DNA from: an uncultured Gemmatimonadaceae bacterium | Lineage (GTDB): Bacteria > Gemmatimonadota > Gemmatimonadetes > Gemmatimonadales > Gemmatimonadaceae | NCBI GenBank assembly: GCA_963781585.1 | Contig: CAWAGQ010000002.1 | Span: 64,001-128,000 of the forward strand | Direction: 5' to 3' | Length of the DNA: 64,000 bases | Shown here: one piece after another, positions 39,708-49,676 of the stretch | Numbering within the stretch: position 1 is the stretch's first letter | Layout of the letters: every line of letters starts with the position of its first letter | Notes under the pieces: generated by a model | Database searches by the model: none | What the model saw: the letters and a program-made list of their open reading frames with translations, nothing else | What the model was told of the DNA's origin: nothing | Made by a program: the position numbers and the translations under genes

Positions 39708-41205
39708 GCTCGGAACTCCACTCTGCTGGTACGTGATGGCGGGGCTCACGGGAGCCTGCCGGGACAATCCCGCCGGCCCCCCGCCTGACGCCACCCTTAC
39801 ACTGGCCACGTCCGGCGTTCCGGGTGTGGTGGGAACGGCGGTCGTGCCCGTGCCCACCTTTGTCCTCCGCGATGCCGGCGGCCGCGCGCTGACCGGCTTT
39901 CCGGTATCGATCGCCGTGGATGCGGGCGGCGGCACCCTTCGCAATGCCCCGCGCGGCACCACCGCCGGCCCCACGCCGGTGGGTGAATGGATCCTCGGCC
40001 CGAGCGCCGGGCAGAACGCGCTCGTCGTCCGGATCGGCGCGCTCCCGCCCCTCCGCATCGAAGTCACCGCCGTGCCTGATGCGCCGGTCGACATCACGCC
40101 GGAATTCGGAACGGAGCAGGCGGGCTTCGCGGGCGACGACCTGCCGCAGCCCCTGGCCGCAAAGGTCTTCGATCGGTTCGGCAATGGCGTGCCGGGTGTC
40201 GTCGCCACGTTCGCGGTGGAGGCCGGCGGCGGCAGCCTGTCGGAATCCAGCCTGACCACCGATGGAAACGGCATCGCAGGAGGTCTGACCTGGCACCTCG
40301 GACGCAACGGGGGAAATCAGGTTGTCACCGCGACGGCCAATGGGTTGACGACGACCTTCACCGCCACCATTCGATCCAGCTTCGATCCGGTCGTTCGCTT
40401 CGTCGGCGGCGCGCCGTCACCGACCGTCGCCGCGGCGTTCGAGTACGCCGCGCAGCGCGTGCACGCGGCGATCACCGGCGACATCCCTGACGTCGCGGTC
40501 CAGGGTTTCGATCTCGCTCGCTGCGGGATCTCGGCTCCATCGCTGACCGAGGTGGTGGACGACATGGTCATCTATGCCGTGGTGGCCCCGATCGATGGCA
40601 CCGGAGGGACTGTCGGCTCCGCCTTCCCGTGCGTGCAGCGGACGCTTTCGGGCCATACCGTCATCGGTATCATGCGATTCGACGAGGCCGACCTTGATGC
40701 ACTCGCGCTGACCCAGCGACTCAACGCCGTCGTTCTCCACGAGATGTTCCATCTGGTCGGCGTCGGCATCCTCTGGAATACCGTGGGGCTCCTCGCCGGG
40801 AGCGGCACCGGCGATCCGCGATTCCTCGGTAACATCGCCACCGAGCGCTGCGTGCTGCTCGGCGGCGAGACGCCGTGTGGCATCGGGAGCGTTCCGGCGG
40901 AGAACATCGGCGGTCCGGGAACCGTCGACTTGCACTGGCGAGAGTCGGTCTTCGACTCCGAGCTGATGACCAGCTTCCTCGAGGTGACGCCCAGCATGCC
41001 GCTGTCGGAGATGACCCTCGCATCGCTGGCCGATCTTGGCCTGACTCCCAATTACCGGGCGGCAGACCCCTACGTGGTTCCCGCTTCATCTCCCGGCATC
41101 GCCCCACGTCTGAACGCAATTCCGAGCGCTCGCTGGGAGACGATCCTGCCGCCGCGTTTCGAGGTCACTCCGGAAGGCTGGGTCCGTCCGATCCGGGTGA
41201 AGTGA
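39682..41205 (+). CDS. Lipoprotein with Ig-like domains and a leishmanolysin (M8)-like zinc metallopeptidase domain
   Basis: LTGAC lipobox; Ig-like segments; HEMFHLVG..HWRE..ELMT motif set. Confidence 0.78.
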   Translation: MVVRSSLVRLGTPLCWYVMAGLTGACRDNPAGPPPDATLTLATSGVPGVVGTAVVPVPTFVLRDAGGRALTGFPVSIAVDAGGGTLRNAPRGTTAGPTPVGEWILGPSAGQNALVVRIGALPPLRIEVTAVPDAPVDITPEFGTEQAGFAGDDLPQPLAAKVFDRFGNGVPGVVATFAVEAGGGSLSESSLTTDGNGIAGGLTWHLGRNGGNQVVTATANGLTTTFTATIRSSFDPVVRFVGGAPSPTVAAAFEYAAQRVHAAITGDIPDVAVQGFDLARCGISAPSLTEVVDDMVIYAVVAPIDGTGGTVGSAFPCVQRTLSGHTVIGIMRFDEADLDALALTQRLNAVVLHEMFHLVGVGILWNTVGLLAGSGTGDPRFLGNIATERCVLLGGETPCGIGSVPAENIGGPGTVDLHWRESVFDSELMTSFLEVTPSMPLSEMTLASLADLGLTPNYRAADPYVVPASSPGIAPRLNAIPSARWETILPPRFEVTPEGWVRPIRVK

Positions 41206-41208
41206 CCC

Positions 41209-42459
41209 CTACTCGTGTCGGATCGCGTCGATTGGACTGAGTCGCGCGGCACGCCGGGCCGGATAGGTGCCGAATACGAGCCCGATGGTGATGGCGGAAA
41301 CCGCTGCCACCAACGCGGTGTTGGGAGACAGGGTCACCGCGAGTCCCTCCGGCGCCGAGAAGCTCTTGATGATCAGGATGGTGATCTCCGACAGCGCGAC
41401 ACCAAGCAGCACGCCGGTCGCGCTGCCGATGCCGGAAACGACGACCGTTTCCGTGAGAAACTGCAGGTGGATGTCGCTTGCCCGCGCGCCGACCGCCTTT
41501 CGAACCCCGATCTCCCGGGTCCGCTCGGTGACTGATGCCAGCATGATGTTCATGATCCCGATGCCACCCACCAGCAGGGAGATGCCCGCGAGCGCGCCCA
41601 GGAAGAGTTTGAAGACGAGGATGCCCTTCGCAACCTCTTCCAGCCTCGACTCCTGAGCGACGACATCGACGCGATGCTCCCATCGACCGAAGCGTCGGCC
41701 GAGCCAATCCTCGATGCCGTCGCGCATGGGACCCACATCTTCGACGCTGGGTGCCCGCAACAGGATGTTTGGCGTGGAGCGGGTCACATCGCTGCCAAAC
41801 ACGTACGCCGCAGCGCCGAACGGGACGTGGGCCTCGTATGTGCGTTCGCCCTTGTACGGCGCCAGCACGCCGATAACCTCTCGTGGCATGCCGTGCACCC
41901 GCACGAAGTCCCCGATCAGGTCGACCGGGCGACGCGCGCCGGCGATCTCGCTGGCCAGCTTGTACGACAGCACGATGACCGGTGCGTTGCGCGCGGCCTC
42001 GGCCGCCGTGAAGAAGCGGCCATCGGCGAACTCGAGGTGGAGAAAACGGTCGCTCCCGGGAGTCGACGCGGTGATCGACGCCCGGCGTTCCAGACCCGAT
42101 CGCCCCCACATCACGTCGCTCTGCCCCTGGAGCGTCATGGACACCGCCCCCACCGCAGGAATTTCGTCGGCCAGCTCGCGCGCGTCGCGTGGCGTAAAGA
42201 TCGGGTAGTTACGCACGGGAGTGAACTGGCCGTTTACATACTCATAGGTGCGCGCCCGCACGATCACCGTCTGAACATCGGTGGTACGCTCCAGCTCATT
42301 GCGGGCGAACTTCTCCATGGCGTCGCCGAGCGAGAGCACCGCCACCAGGGCGCCCACGCCAATGATGACGCCCAGCGTGGAGAGCACCGTCCGCAACGGA
42401 TTGACCCGGAGGGTGTCGAATCCAACGGCAAAGGCAGTCGCGATGGGAGCGATGCGCAC
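41209..42459 (-). CDS. MacB/FtsX-like ABC transporter permease
   Basis: NPLRTVLSTLGVIIG, GGIGIMNIMLASVTERTREIGVRKAVGA and YPARRAA motifs. Confidence 0.92.
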   Translation of the reverse strand: MRIAPIATAFAVGFDTLRVNPLRTVLSTLGVIIGVGALVAVLSLGDAMEKFARNELERTTDVQTVIVRARTYEYVNGQFTPVRNYPIFTPRDARELADEIPAVGAVSMTLQGQSDVMWGRSGLERRASITASTPGSDRFLHLEFADGRFFTAAEAARNAPVIVLSYKLASEIAGARRPVDLIGDFVRVHGMPREVIGVLAPYKGERTYEAHVPFGAAAYVFGSDVTRSTPNILLRAPSVEDVGPMRDGIEDWLGRRFGRWEHRVDVVAQESRLEEVAKGILVFKLFLGALAGISLLVGGIGIMNIMLASVTERTREIGVRKAVGARASDIHLQFLTETVVVSGIGSATGVLLGVALSEITILIIKSFSAPEGLAVTLSPNTALVAAVSAITIGLVFGTYPARRAARLSPIDAIRHE

Positions 42460-42562
42460 GGCGAGGGGCTCGGGGAATGGGTGAGGCGTACCTTCGGGTA
42501 CGATGCGCACCTGAACGACGTTTCACGAGGGCGCGCCGACGATTTGATCCTCGATGCACCTT

Positions 42563-42588
42563 CGACCCCGGGGAGAATTCCGGGGTCG
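42563..42588. terminator. GC-rich hairpin downstream of lon
   Basis: CGACCCCGG-N8-CCGGGGTCG; no clear U-tract. Confidence 0.4.
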
Positions 42589-42615
42589 CTCACGTCGGAC
42601 CTCGCGGGTCCCGGC

Positions 42616-45192
42616 TCAGGCCACGCCCGCCTCGACCACCTCAGTCTCCACGGCAGTGTCGGCCCCGGTCTCGTGCTCCGGCACGAGCGCGATGCGCAGC
42701 ACGTCCGAGAGGGTCTCGACTGGATGGAACGTCAGCTGCTGACGGACTTCCTCCGGCACATCTTCGAGGTCGCCCTCGTTGTCCTTGGGCAGGATGATGT
42801 GCGTGATGCCGGCGCGATGCGCTCCCAGTACCTTCTCCTTCAGTCCTCCGATGGGGAGCACCCGTCCGCGTAGCGTGATTTCCCCCGTCATGGCCACGTC
42901 CCGGCGCACCCGTAGGCCCGACATCTCGGAAACGAGGGCGGTCGCGATGGCGATACCGGCTGACGGTCCATCCTTGGGGATGGCGCCGGCCGGCACGTGG
43001 ATGTGGGCCTCCATCGCCCCCTCCAGCTGCTGGGGCGGAATACCTAACGATGTAGCGTTGTTGGTGGCATAGGTGAGGGCCGCGCGGGCGCTCTCCTTCA
43101 TCACGTCGCCGAGCTGCCCGGTCAGGATGAGCGACATCGGTCCTGCCTGAGGCGCCGAATCGCCGTTGTCGGACGACGGCGGACGCTGCCGGCGGCGAAT
43201 GGACGCCTCGACGAACATGATGTCGCCTCCCATCGGCGTGTAGTACATGCCGGTGGCGATGCCGACCTCATTCTTCTCGGCGGCCCGCTCCGGGTGGACC
43301 TTCGGCCGCCCCAGGAGCGCACGCACCTCGTCTGCATCCACCTGATTGTCGGCGATGATCGCCCCGTCACCGGCGGCCACCCGGCGTGCCAGCTTGCGGC
43401 ACACCGCACCGATCTGGCGCTCGAGCTGTCGTACGCCGCTCTCCCTGGTGTAGTTCGTCACCACCGACATCACCGCGTCGTCGGCGAATCCCACGCCCTT
43501 GTCGCCGAGGCCGTTCTCCTCGAGCTGGCGGGGGATCAGGTACTTCTTCGCGATCTCCGCCTTCTCCCGCTCGGTATAGCCGGAGAACTCGACCATCTCC
43601 ATCCGGTCGAACAGCGGCCCGGGGATGTTCTGCATGAAGTTCGCCGTAGCGACGAACAGCACTTCGCTGAGGTCGAACGGCACGCCCAGATAATGATCGG
43701 TGAAGCTGTCGTTCTGCGCCGGGTCGAGCACCTCGAGCAAGGCCGCCGACGGGTCGCCCTGGAACGACACGCCGAGCTTGTCCACCTCGTCGAGGAGGAA
43801 GACCGGATTCTTGGTGCCGGCCTGTTTCATGCCCTGGATGATCCGCCCCGGCATGGCCCCGACGTACGTCCGCCGGTGGCCGCGGATGTCGGCCTCGTCA
43901 CGCGCGCCGCCTAACGACACGCGTACGTACTGCCGGCCGAGTGACCGCGCGATCGACTTCGCGATCGAGGTCTTCCCCACCCCCGGCGGACCGACAAACA
44001 GCAGAATGGGGCCCTTCGCCATTGCCCGGGCCTTGGCTTCTCGCGCATCGGTGATCGTGCGGTCCTCGCCATTCCCGCCAGCCGGCGCGGTCGCCGGTTC
44101 CTCGGCCCCCTTCAGTCGACCCGCCGCGGGGAATTCCCCCGTCCGGATGACCTCCTCCGCCTGTTGGCGGGCGCGGAGCTGGCGCACCGCCAGGAACTCC
44201 AGGACGCGGTCCTTCACGTCCTGCAGCCCGTAGTGGTCCTCGTCGAGAATCCTGGCGGCGTGCGTCAGATCGAGCTGATCGTCCGACCGCTTGTTCCACG
44301 GCAATTCGGCGATCCACTCGAGGTAGGTGCGGATGACCTGCGCTTCCATCGACTCACGCCCCGTGCGCTCCAGCCGACCAAGCTCGCGTTCCGCTTCCGC
44401 CCGCGCCTCTTTGGGCAGGTCGAGCGCCCGCAGCTTCTCGCGCAGCTCCTCCACTTCCTTTGCCTGGTCGTCGTCACCCAGCTCCTTCTGGATCGCCTTC
44501 ATCTGCTCGCGCAGGAACATCTCGCGCTGGCGCTCCCCCAGCTCTTCCTGCACCTGCGACTTGATCTCCTCCTGCGCCTCGAGCATCCCGATCTGCCGCT
44601 GGACGTGCACCAGCACGCGGCGAAGGCGCTCCTCCACGCTCAGCGTCTCCAGGAGCCCCTGTTTCTCCGGAACCGGGAGCTCGATGTACCCGGCAACCAG
44701 ATCGGCGAACCGTCCCGGCTCCTCCACCGAGTCGAGCACCTGATGCACGACCTCTTCGGGAAGCCCGCGCTTCTCTCCGAGTTCCGCGGCCCGCTCACGT
44801 GTCTCCTTGTGAAGTGCCTCGAACGCGGAATCCGCCTCGTTCAGCGGATTCATTTCCTCGGTCGGCATGACCACCGCGTTGAGGTATCCCTCGTTCATCG
44901 TGTATTGCAGGGAGGTGGCGCGCTGCTCGCCCTGCAGGAGAAGCTGCACGCCTCCCAGCCCGCGCTGGATCTGTCCGATGCGCGCGATCACGCCCATCGA
45001 GTAGAGGATTTCCGGGGCGGGCTCGTCGGTATTGTCGCGCTGCGCCACGGCGAAGACGAGCCGGTCCCCCTTCAGGGCCGCCTCGATCGCACGCAGCGTC
45101 CCGGGCCGGCCCGCTGCAATCGGCGCGGTCAGTCCCGGGAAGATCACCGTTCCTCGCAGCGGAAGAACGGGAAGCGTCTGACGTTGAGCCAT
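42616..45192 (-). CDS. lon: ATP-dependent protease La (Lon)
   Basis: LPVLPLR N-domain; GPPGVGKT; LLDEVDK; KDGPSAG catalytic Ser; GGLKEK catalytic Lys. Confidence 0.96.
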   Translation of the reverse strand: MAQRQTLPVLPLRGTVIFPGLTAPIAAGRPGTLRAIEAALKGDRLVFAVAQRDNTDEPAPEILYSMGVIARIGQIQRGLGGVQLLLQGEQRATSLQYTMNEGYLNAVVMPTEEMNPLNEADSAFEALHKETRERAAELGEKRGLPEEVVHQVLDSVEEPGRFADLVAGYIELPVPEKQGLLETLSVEERLRRVLVHVQRQIGMLEAQEEIKSQVQEELGERQREMFLREQMKAIQKELGDDDQAKEVEELREKLRALDLPKEARAEAERELGRLERTGRESMEAQVIRTYLEWIAELPWNKRSDDQLDLTHAARILDEDHYGLQDVKDRVLEFLAVRQLRARQQAEEVIRTGEFPAAGRLKGAEEPATAPAGGNGEDRTITDAREAKARAMAKGPILLFVGPPGVGKTSIAKSIARSLGRQYVRVSLGGARDEADIRGHRRTYVGAMPGRIIQGMKQAGTKNPVFLLDEVDKLGVSFQGDPSAALLEVLDPAQNDSFTDHYLGVPFDLSEVLFVATANFMQNIPGPLFDRMEMVEFSGYTEREKAEIAKKYLIPRQLEENGLGDKGVGFADDAVMSVVTNYTRESGVRQLERQIGAVCRKLARRVAAGDGAIIADNQVDADEVRALLGRPKVHPERAAEKNEVGIATGMYYTPMGGDIMFVEASIRRRQRPPSSDNGDSAPQAGPMSLILTGQLGDVMKESARAALTYATNNATSLGIPPQQLEGAMEAHIHVPAGAIPKDGPSAGIAIATALVSEMSGLRVRRDVAMTGEITLRGRVLPIGGLKEKVLGAHRAGITHIILPKDNEGDLEDVPEEVRQQLTFHPVETLSDVLRIALVPEHETGADTAVETEVVEAGVA

Positions 45193-45580
45193 GCTGTCGT
45201 GTCCTCGTGATTCGTGCCCCAAGGTCGTGACTGCGACAGATCCCGATCACCGTCCACGCATGTGCCACCAGTGCGTCACACGCGAAACGGCGCGGATTCC
45301 GGGCGGTTGGCACCTCATGCAGATATCGCGCTGCTGAATTACGCCACAGTGGCGGCAATTGCAACTTTCGCGGGCCAATGTGACGTAGTGCCACTGACAG
45401 CCGACCCGGCCACGAATATGGCCTCTGGGCTGATGGCCGCCGGTGGACGACTCGATCGTGAAACTGCGGGTTTCGAGTCGCCAGCCGTCGGCCGTGGGAC
45501 ACTCGAAAGTCGGGGGTCGTGGCGCCCGGGTTCGGCGCTCGTCATAAGCGCCCGGCTCGTTTCGCTTTACCCTGCAGCAG

Positions 45581-47584
45581 ATGAGTGCTACACTACTCGA
45601 CCGCCGGCTTGTCGTACCCACGAAAACCAAACGCGTGCCCGATCCCGTCGTCTCGTCGTCCGACCCCGAGCTGCGCGCGCATGTCGAGCGCGTCCTGAGC
45701 AACAACTACGAGCTCGACCAAGAGATTGGGCGCGGTGGTATGGGCATTGTCTACAAGGCCAGGGACCGCCGGCTGAAGCGCTCCGTCGCCGTCAAGGTGC
45801 TCCCGCCGGAGCTGGCCTTTCGCTCGGAGATCCGAACGCGCTTCCTGCGCGAGGCCGAGACGGCGGCGCAACTGAGCCACCCGAACATCGTCCCCATCTA
45901 CAGCGTGGACGAGCACGACGGCATCGTCTACTTCGTGATGGCGTTCGTGGACGGCGAAAACGTGGCGATGCGGCTCAATCGCGAGGGGGCGCTGCCGCCC
46001 GACGAGGTGCGCCGGATCATGCTCGAGGTGGGGCGCGCGCTGGCCTACGCCCACGAGCGCCACGTGGTTCACCGTGACATCAAACCTGACAACATCCTGA
46101 TCGAACGCGGCGAAGGCCGGGTCATGGTCACGGATTTCGGGATCGCCCGGGCGATCACCGACGGCGCGGACGCGCGTCTTACCGCCACCGGAATGGCGAT
46201 CGGTACTCCCGCGTACATGTCCCCCGAGCAGTCGATGGGCGACCGGGAGATCGATGGTCGGAGCGACCTCTATTCGTTGGGTGTGGTCGGCTATCAGATG
46301 CTCACCGGCGACCTGCCGTTTGAGGCACCGAGCACGCCCGCCCTGCTGGTGAAACACCTCTCGGAGCGTCCGGAACCGGTGGAAGAGCGGTGTCCGAACG
46401 CGCCCCCCGACCTCGGCCGCGCGGTCATGCTCCTGCTCGAGAAGGAGCCGGCCAACCGGTTCCCGAGCGCCGGGGCGCTGGTCACCGCGCTGGAGACCGG
46501 CGAGGTGCCCGCTCTGCCGGAGGCGACGTCGCCGCCGGTCGCTACGCCGGCACGGCGACACGAGGCGTATGACTCTGCGCCGGCCCCGGCGGGCGGATAT
46601 CAGCCCACGCCGGAGGAGCTGGCGCGCTGGAACGCGCCACCGGTGGTGGCGTTCCGGAAGAAGCTGGCGCCGTTCTTCGCGTTCAGTGTCGTCTCCGTTA
46701 TCCTGTCGATCTTCAACGTGATGGACGCGCTGGTGAGTATCGCCGGCATCTGGAGCATCTTCATCGCGTTCAAGTACGCTCGCCTCTGGACCGAGAACTA
46801 CGACTGGCGCGACGTCTTCAAGCAGCCGCGTGACCGGTTGTTCTTCGACGTGGTCGCCGAGTGGGTGGATAACGTCCGCGCGCTCTGGGATCGAAAGAAG
46901 CGCTCCGAGGTCCGCGAGCGCTCGCGATTGCGCGGTCGGGGCAATGTGGGTCTGTTCGCCCCGGACGACCGGCGCGGCGCGCTCACGGCCGGTGGCTCGA
47001 TTCCCACTCATGAGCTGACGGCGATTGCCGGCCCGCACGCTGCATCGGTGCGCCAGGCGGCGCGGCTGCGCGATGACATCCAGCGACAGTTAGGGACGCT
47101 CTCGAAGCATGATCGCGAAGTCATTCACGATGTGCCGGCCACCGCCGAGGCGCTGTATCGCCGCGTGGAAGCGCTTTCCGTGAATCTCGCCGACCTCGAA
47201 CGCACGGTGTCGCCTAACGCCGCCGAGGCGGTGGAGGCCGAGATTTCGGCGCTGGAGGCGCAGGCAAATCCGCTCGACCTGCGGGCCAGCGAGCAACGCG
47301 TGCGGCGTCTTGCCTACCTGAAGCGACAACGTCGCGCCATCGTCGACCTCGACACCAAGCGCGACAAGGCGCGCGACAAGCTGGACAGCTGTCTCCTCGC
47401 GCTCCGCAACATTCAGCTCGACGTCGTTCGGCTGAAAGCCGGCGGACAGTCGCTGCAGCAGATTACCCAGGTCGCCGAGCAGGCGATGGCCCTCGCCCGC
47501 GAGGTGGACAACGCCGTCTACGTCGCCAACGAGATGGCGAAGTTGATGCCAGGGTCCCGGGACTCGCGACCCGGGGTGCGTTAG
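45581..47584 (+). CDS. Hanks-type Ser/Thr kinase with 2-TM hairpin and C-terminal helical domain (paralog 1; start may be GTG 45635)
   Basis: GRGGMG, VAVK, HRDIKPDN, DFG and GTPAYMSPE intact; two hydrophobic helices; coiled-coil tail. Confidence 0.93.
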   Translation: MSATLLDRRLVVPTKTKRVPDPVVSSSDPELRAHVERVLSNNYELDQEIGRGGMGIVYKARDRRLKRSVAVKVLPPELAFRSEIRTRFLREAETAAQLSHPNIVPIYSVDEHDGIVYFVMAFVDGENVAMRLNREGALPPDEVRRIMLEVGRALAYAHERHVVHRDIKPDNILIERGEGRVMVTDFGIARAITDGADARLTATGMAIGTPAYMSPEQSMGDREIDGRSDLYSLGVVGYQMLTGDLPFEAPSTPALLVKHLSERPEPVEERCPNAPPDLGRAVMLLLEKEPANRFPSAGALVTALETGEVPALPEATSPPVATPARRHEAYDSAPAPAGGYQPTPEELARWNAPPVVAFRKKLAPFFAFSVVSVILSIFNVMDALVSIAGIWSIFIAFKYARLWTENYDWRDVFKQPRDRLFFDVVAEWVDNVRALWDRKKRSEVRERSRLRGRGNVGLFAPDDRRGALTAGGSIPTHELTAIAGPHAASVRQAARLRDDIQRQLGTLSKHDREVIHDVPATAEALYRRVEALSVNLADLERTVSPNAAEAVEAEISALEAQANPLDLRASEQRVRRLAYLKRQRRAIVDLDTKRDKARDKLDSCLLALRNIQLDVVRLKAGGQSLQQITQVAEQAMALAREVDNAVYVANEMAKLMPGSRDSRPGVR

Positions 47585-47599
47585 GATCCGAGGCGCCAG

Positions 47600-49675
47600 G
47601 TGTCTCCCGGTCCCGTCCAGGTGCCTGATCCGCTTCGCGACCGCGTCACCGTCGCGCTCGGTGACAGCTACGCGCTCGAATCGGAGATTGGGCGAGGGGG
47701 CATGGGAGTCGTCTACCGGTGCCGTGACGTCAAGTTGCGGCGGCTGGTGGCCGTCAAAGTCCTGCCTCCCGAGCTGGCGTTTCGCGAGGAGGTTCGCATC
47801 AGGTTCCTTCGGGAAGCGGAGACCGCCGCCCAACTGAACCATCCCAACATCGTCCCCATCTATTCGGTCGACGAACGCGAAGGTCTCGTCTGGTTCGTCA
47901 TGGCACTGGTGGACGGAGAAAGCCTCGCTGCCCGGCTCGCCCGCGAACCCCGGCCACCGCTTGGCGACGTGTGCCGCATACTCCGCGACGTTGCCGACGC
48001 GCTCGCCTATGCCCACGCGCACGGCATCGTGCACCGCGATATCAAGCCGGACAACATCATCATCGATCGCGTGACCGGACGGCCGATGGTGACGGATTTC
48101 GGCATTGCACGCGCCGTGGAAGGCGATTCGCGTCTCACCATCACCGGAAGCACCGTCGGTACGCCGGCGTACATGTCGCCCGAACAAGCCACCGGAGAGC
48201 GCGACGTCGACGGTCGCAGCGACCTGTATTCGCTCGCGGTCGTCGGATATCAGATGCTGTCGGGCGACCTGCCGTTCAGGGCGACCAACACCCCGGCCAT
48301 GCTGATGAAGCACATCAGCGAACCGGTGCCGCCGCTGCGCGTTCTCCATCGCGACATCCCGGAATCGCTGGCGACCGCAATCGAGCGGGCGCTGGAAAAG
48401 AAACCATCGGATCGGTGGCCGGGCGCCGGAGAATTCCGCGACGCGGTGGCCGCGACCCCCACGCCCCCCGCCTCCTCACCACAGTCGGCCCCGTGGCCGG
48501 TGGCCCCGGCTTCATTGCCTCGGCCAGCCGACAGGGCATCCGCCGCCTGGAAGCGGCCGGCGCAGCATCCTGTCGAGCCGAGATCCGGCGTCCGTGACGA
48601 GCGCAACGACCCCGCGCGGCACCGTCCGCGCGGGTCACCGCGTGATGCCGTGGAGGCCTCGAATATCGGATGGGACCATCGAACACCGACGTTCGGGGTG
48701 CGCGAAGTCGCGACGCCACTCCCTCCTGTTCCACCATGGATGCCGGAATCCTGGCGCGACGCCCGCCGCCAATGGCGTGAGCAACATCGAGCAAGTCGCA
48801 GCGAACGCCGGCGCCTGCGGCGTGGCGATGAGCCCCTGGTGCAGTTCGGCGAAATGCCGCGCGAACAGCGAATCCGCCGCTTCCGTGGGCGGGCCGCGAG
48901 TACCGTCCTGACCGTGGGAATGCTGGCCGGCATCAATCTGATGTTCTCGCCCGGATTCCCCTGGTTCGTCTTCCCGGCTGCCTTCATGTCGTTCGGGCTG
49001 CTGCGCCGGGGTGCGTCGTTGTGGGCCGATGGGATTCGCCTGCGTGACGTATTCGGCAGGGAAGCGCGTGAACAACTGCGGCGTGACGCCCATGTCGCGC
49101 GCGATGCCCGGCCGGCCCTGGCCCCATCCCCCGAAGCGGAGGCGGAGAAGCTCGCCCCGCCTGACGTGCTGGCCGGACCGTACGGCGCCATTGTTCGGCG
49201 CGCCGCCGTCGACCACGCCGCGGCGACCACGGCGCTGGCCAAGCTCGCCCCGGCGGACCGCGCGCTCATCCCGGACGTGGCCCCTACCGTGAAGGCGCTG
49301 GCGGTGCGGGTTGGAGCGATCGCCAGCACGCTCCACCGGATGGACGAAGACGTCACTCCCGATGCCCGCGCGTCCATCGAGCGCCGCATCGCCGAAGCCA
49401 AGGCTCAACCGGAGTCCTCGGAGCGGGAGAAGAAGCTGACCCTGCTCGAGCGCCAGCGGGCAACGATGGCCGATCTCCTGGCGCGCCGCGATGCCCTGAA
49501 AACGCAACTCGACAGCGCATCGCTGATGCTCGAGAACATGCGACTCGACCTGCTCGCCCTGGGGTCGGCAGGTGTGCAGTCGGCGATCAACGACGTGTCG
49601 AGCGCCACCCAGGAGGCCCGCGCGCTCTCGCGGGACATCCAGATCGCCCTGGAAGCAGCCAAAGAGGTCCGTTAG
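47600..49675 (+). CDS. Hanks-type Ser/Thr kinase with 2-TM hairpin and C-terminal helical domain (paralog 2)
   Basis: Same intact kinase motifs; 2TM-like LAGINLMFSPGFPWFVFP; tail homologous to paralog 1. Confidence 0.93.
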   Translation: MSPGPVQVPDPLRDRVTVALGDSYALESEIGRGGMGVVYRCRDVKLRRLVAVKVLPPELAFREEVRIRFLREAETAAQLNHPNIVPIYSVDEREGLVWFVMALVDGESLAARLAREPRPPLGDVCRILRDVADALAYAHAHGIVHRDIKPDNIIIDRVTGRPMVTDFGIARAVEGDSRLTITGSTVGTPAYMSPEQATGERDVDGRSDLYSLAVVGYQMLSGDLPFRATNTPAMLMKHISEPVPPLRVLHRDIPESLATAIERALEKKPSDRWPGAGEFRDAVAATPTPPASSPQSAPWPVAPASLPRPADRASAAWKRPAQHPVEPRSGVRDERNDPARHRPRGSPRDAVEASNIGWDHRTPTFGVREVATPLPPVPPWMPESWRDARRQWREQHRASRSERRRLRRGDEPLVQFGEMPREQRIRRFRGRAASTVLTVGMLAGINLMFSPGFPWFVFPAAFMSFGLLRRGASLWADGIRLRDVFGREAREQLRRDAHVARDARPALAPSPEAEAEKLAPPDVLAGPYGAIVRRAAVDHAAATTALAKLAPADRALIPDVAPTVKALAVRVGAIASTLHRMDEDVTPDARASIERRIAEAKAQPESSEREKKLTLLERQRATMADLLARRDALKTQLDSASLMLENMRLDLLALGSAGVQSAINDVSSATQEARALSRDIQIALEAAKEVR

Positions 49676-49676
49676 G

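Noticed and set aside
45560..45592. CIRCE element near lon
   Set aside because: Only a right half-site (GAGTGCTA) is present; there is no TTAGCACTC arm at 9-nt spacing.
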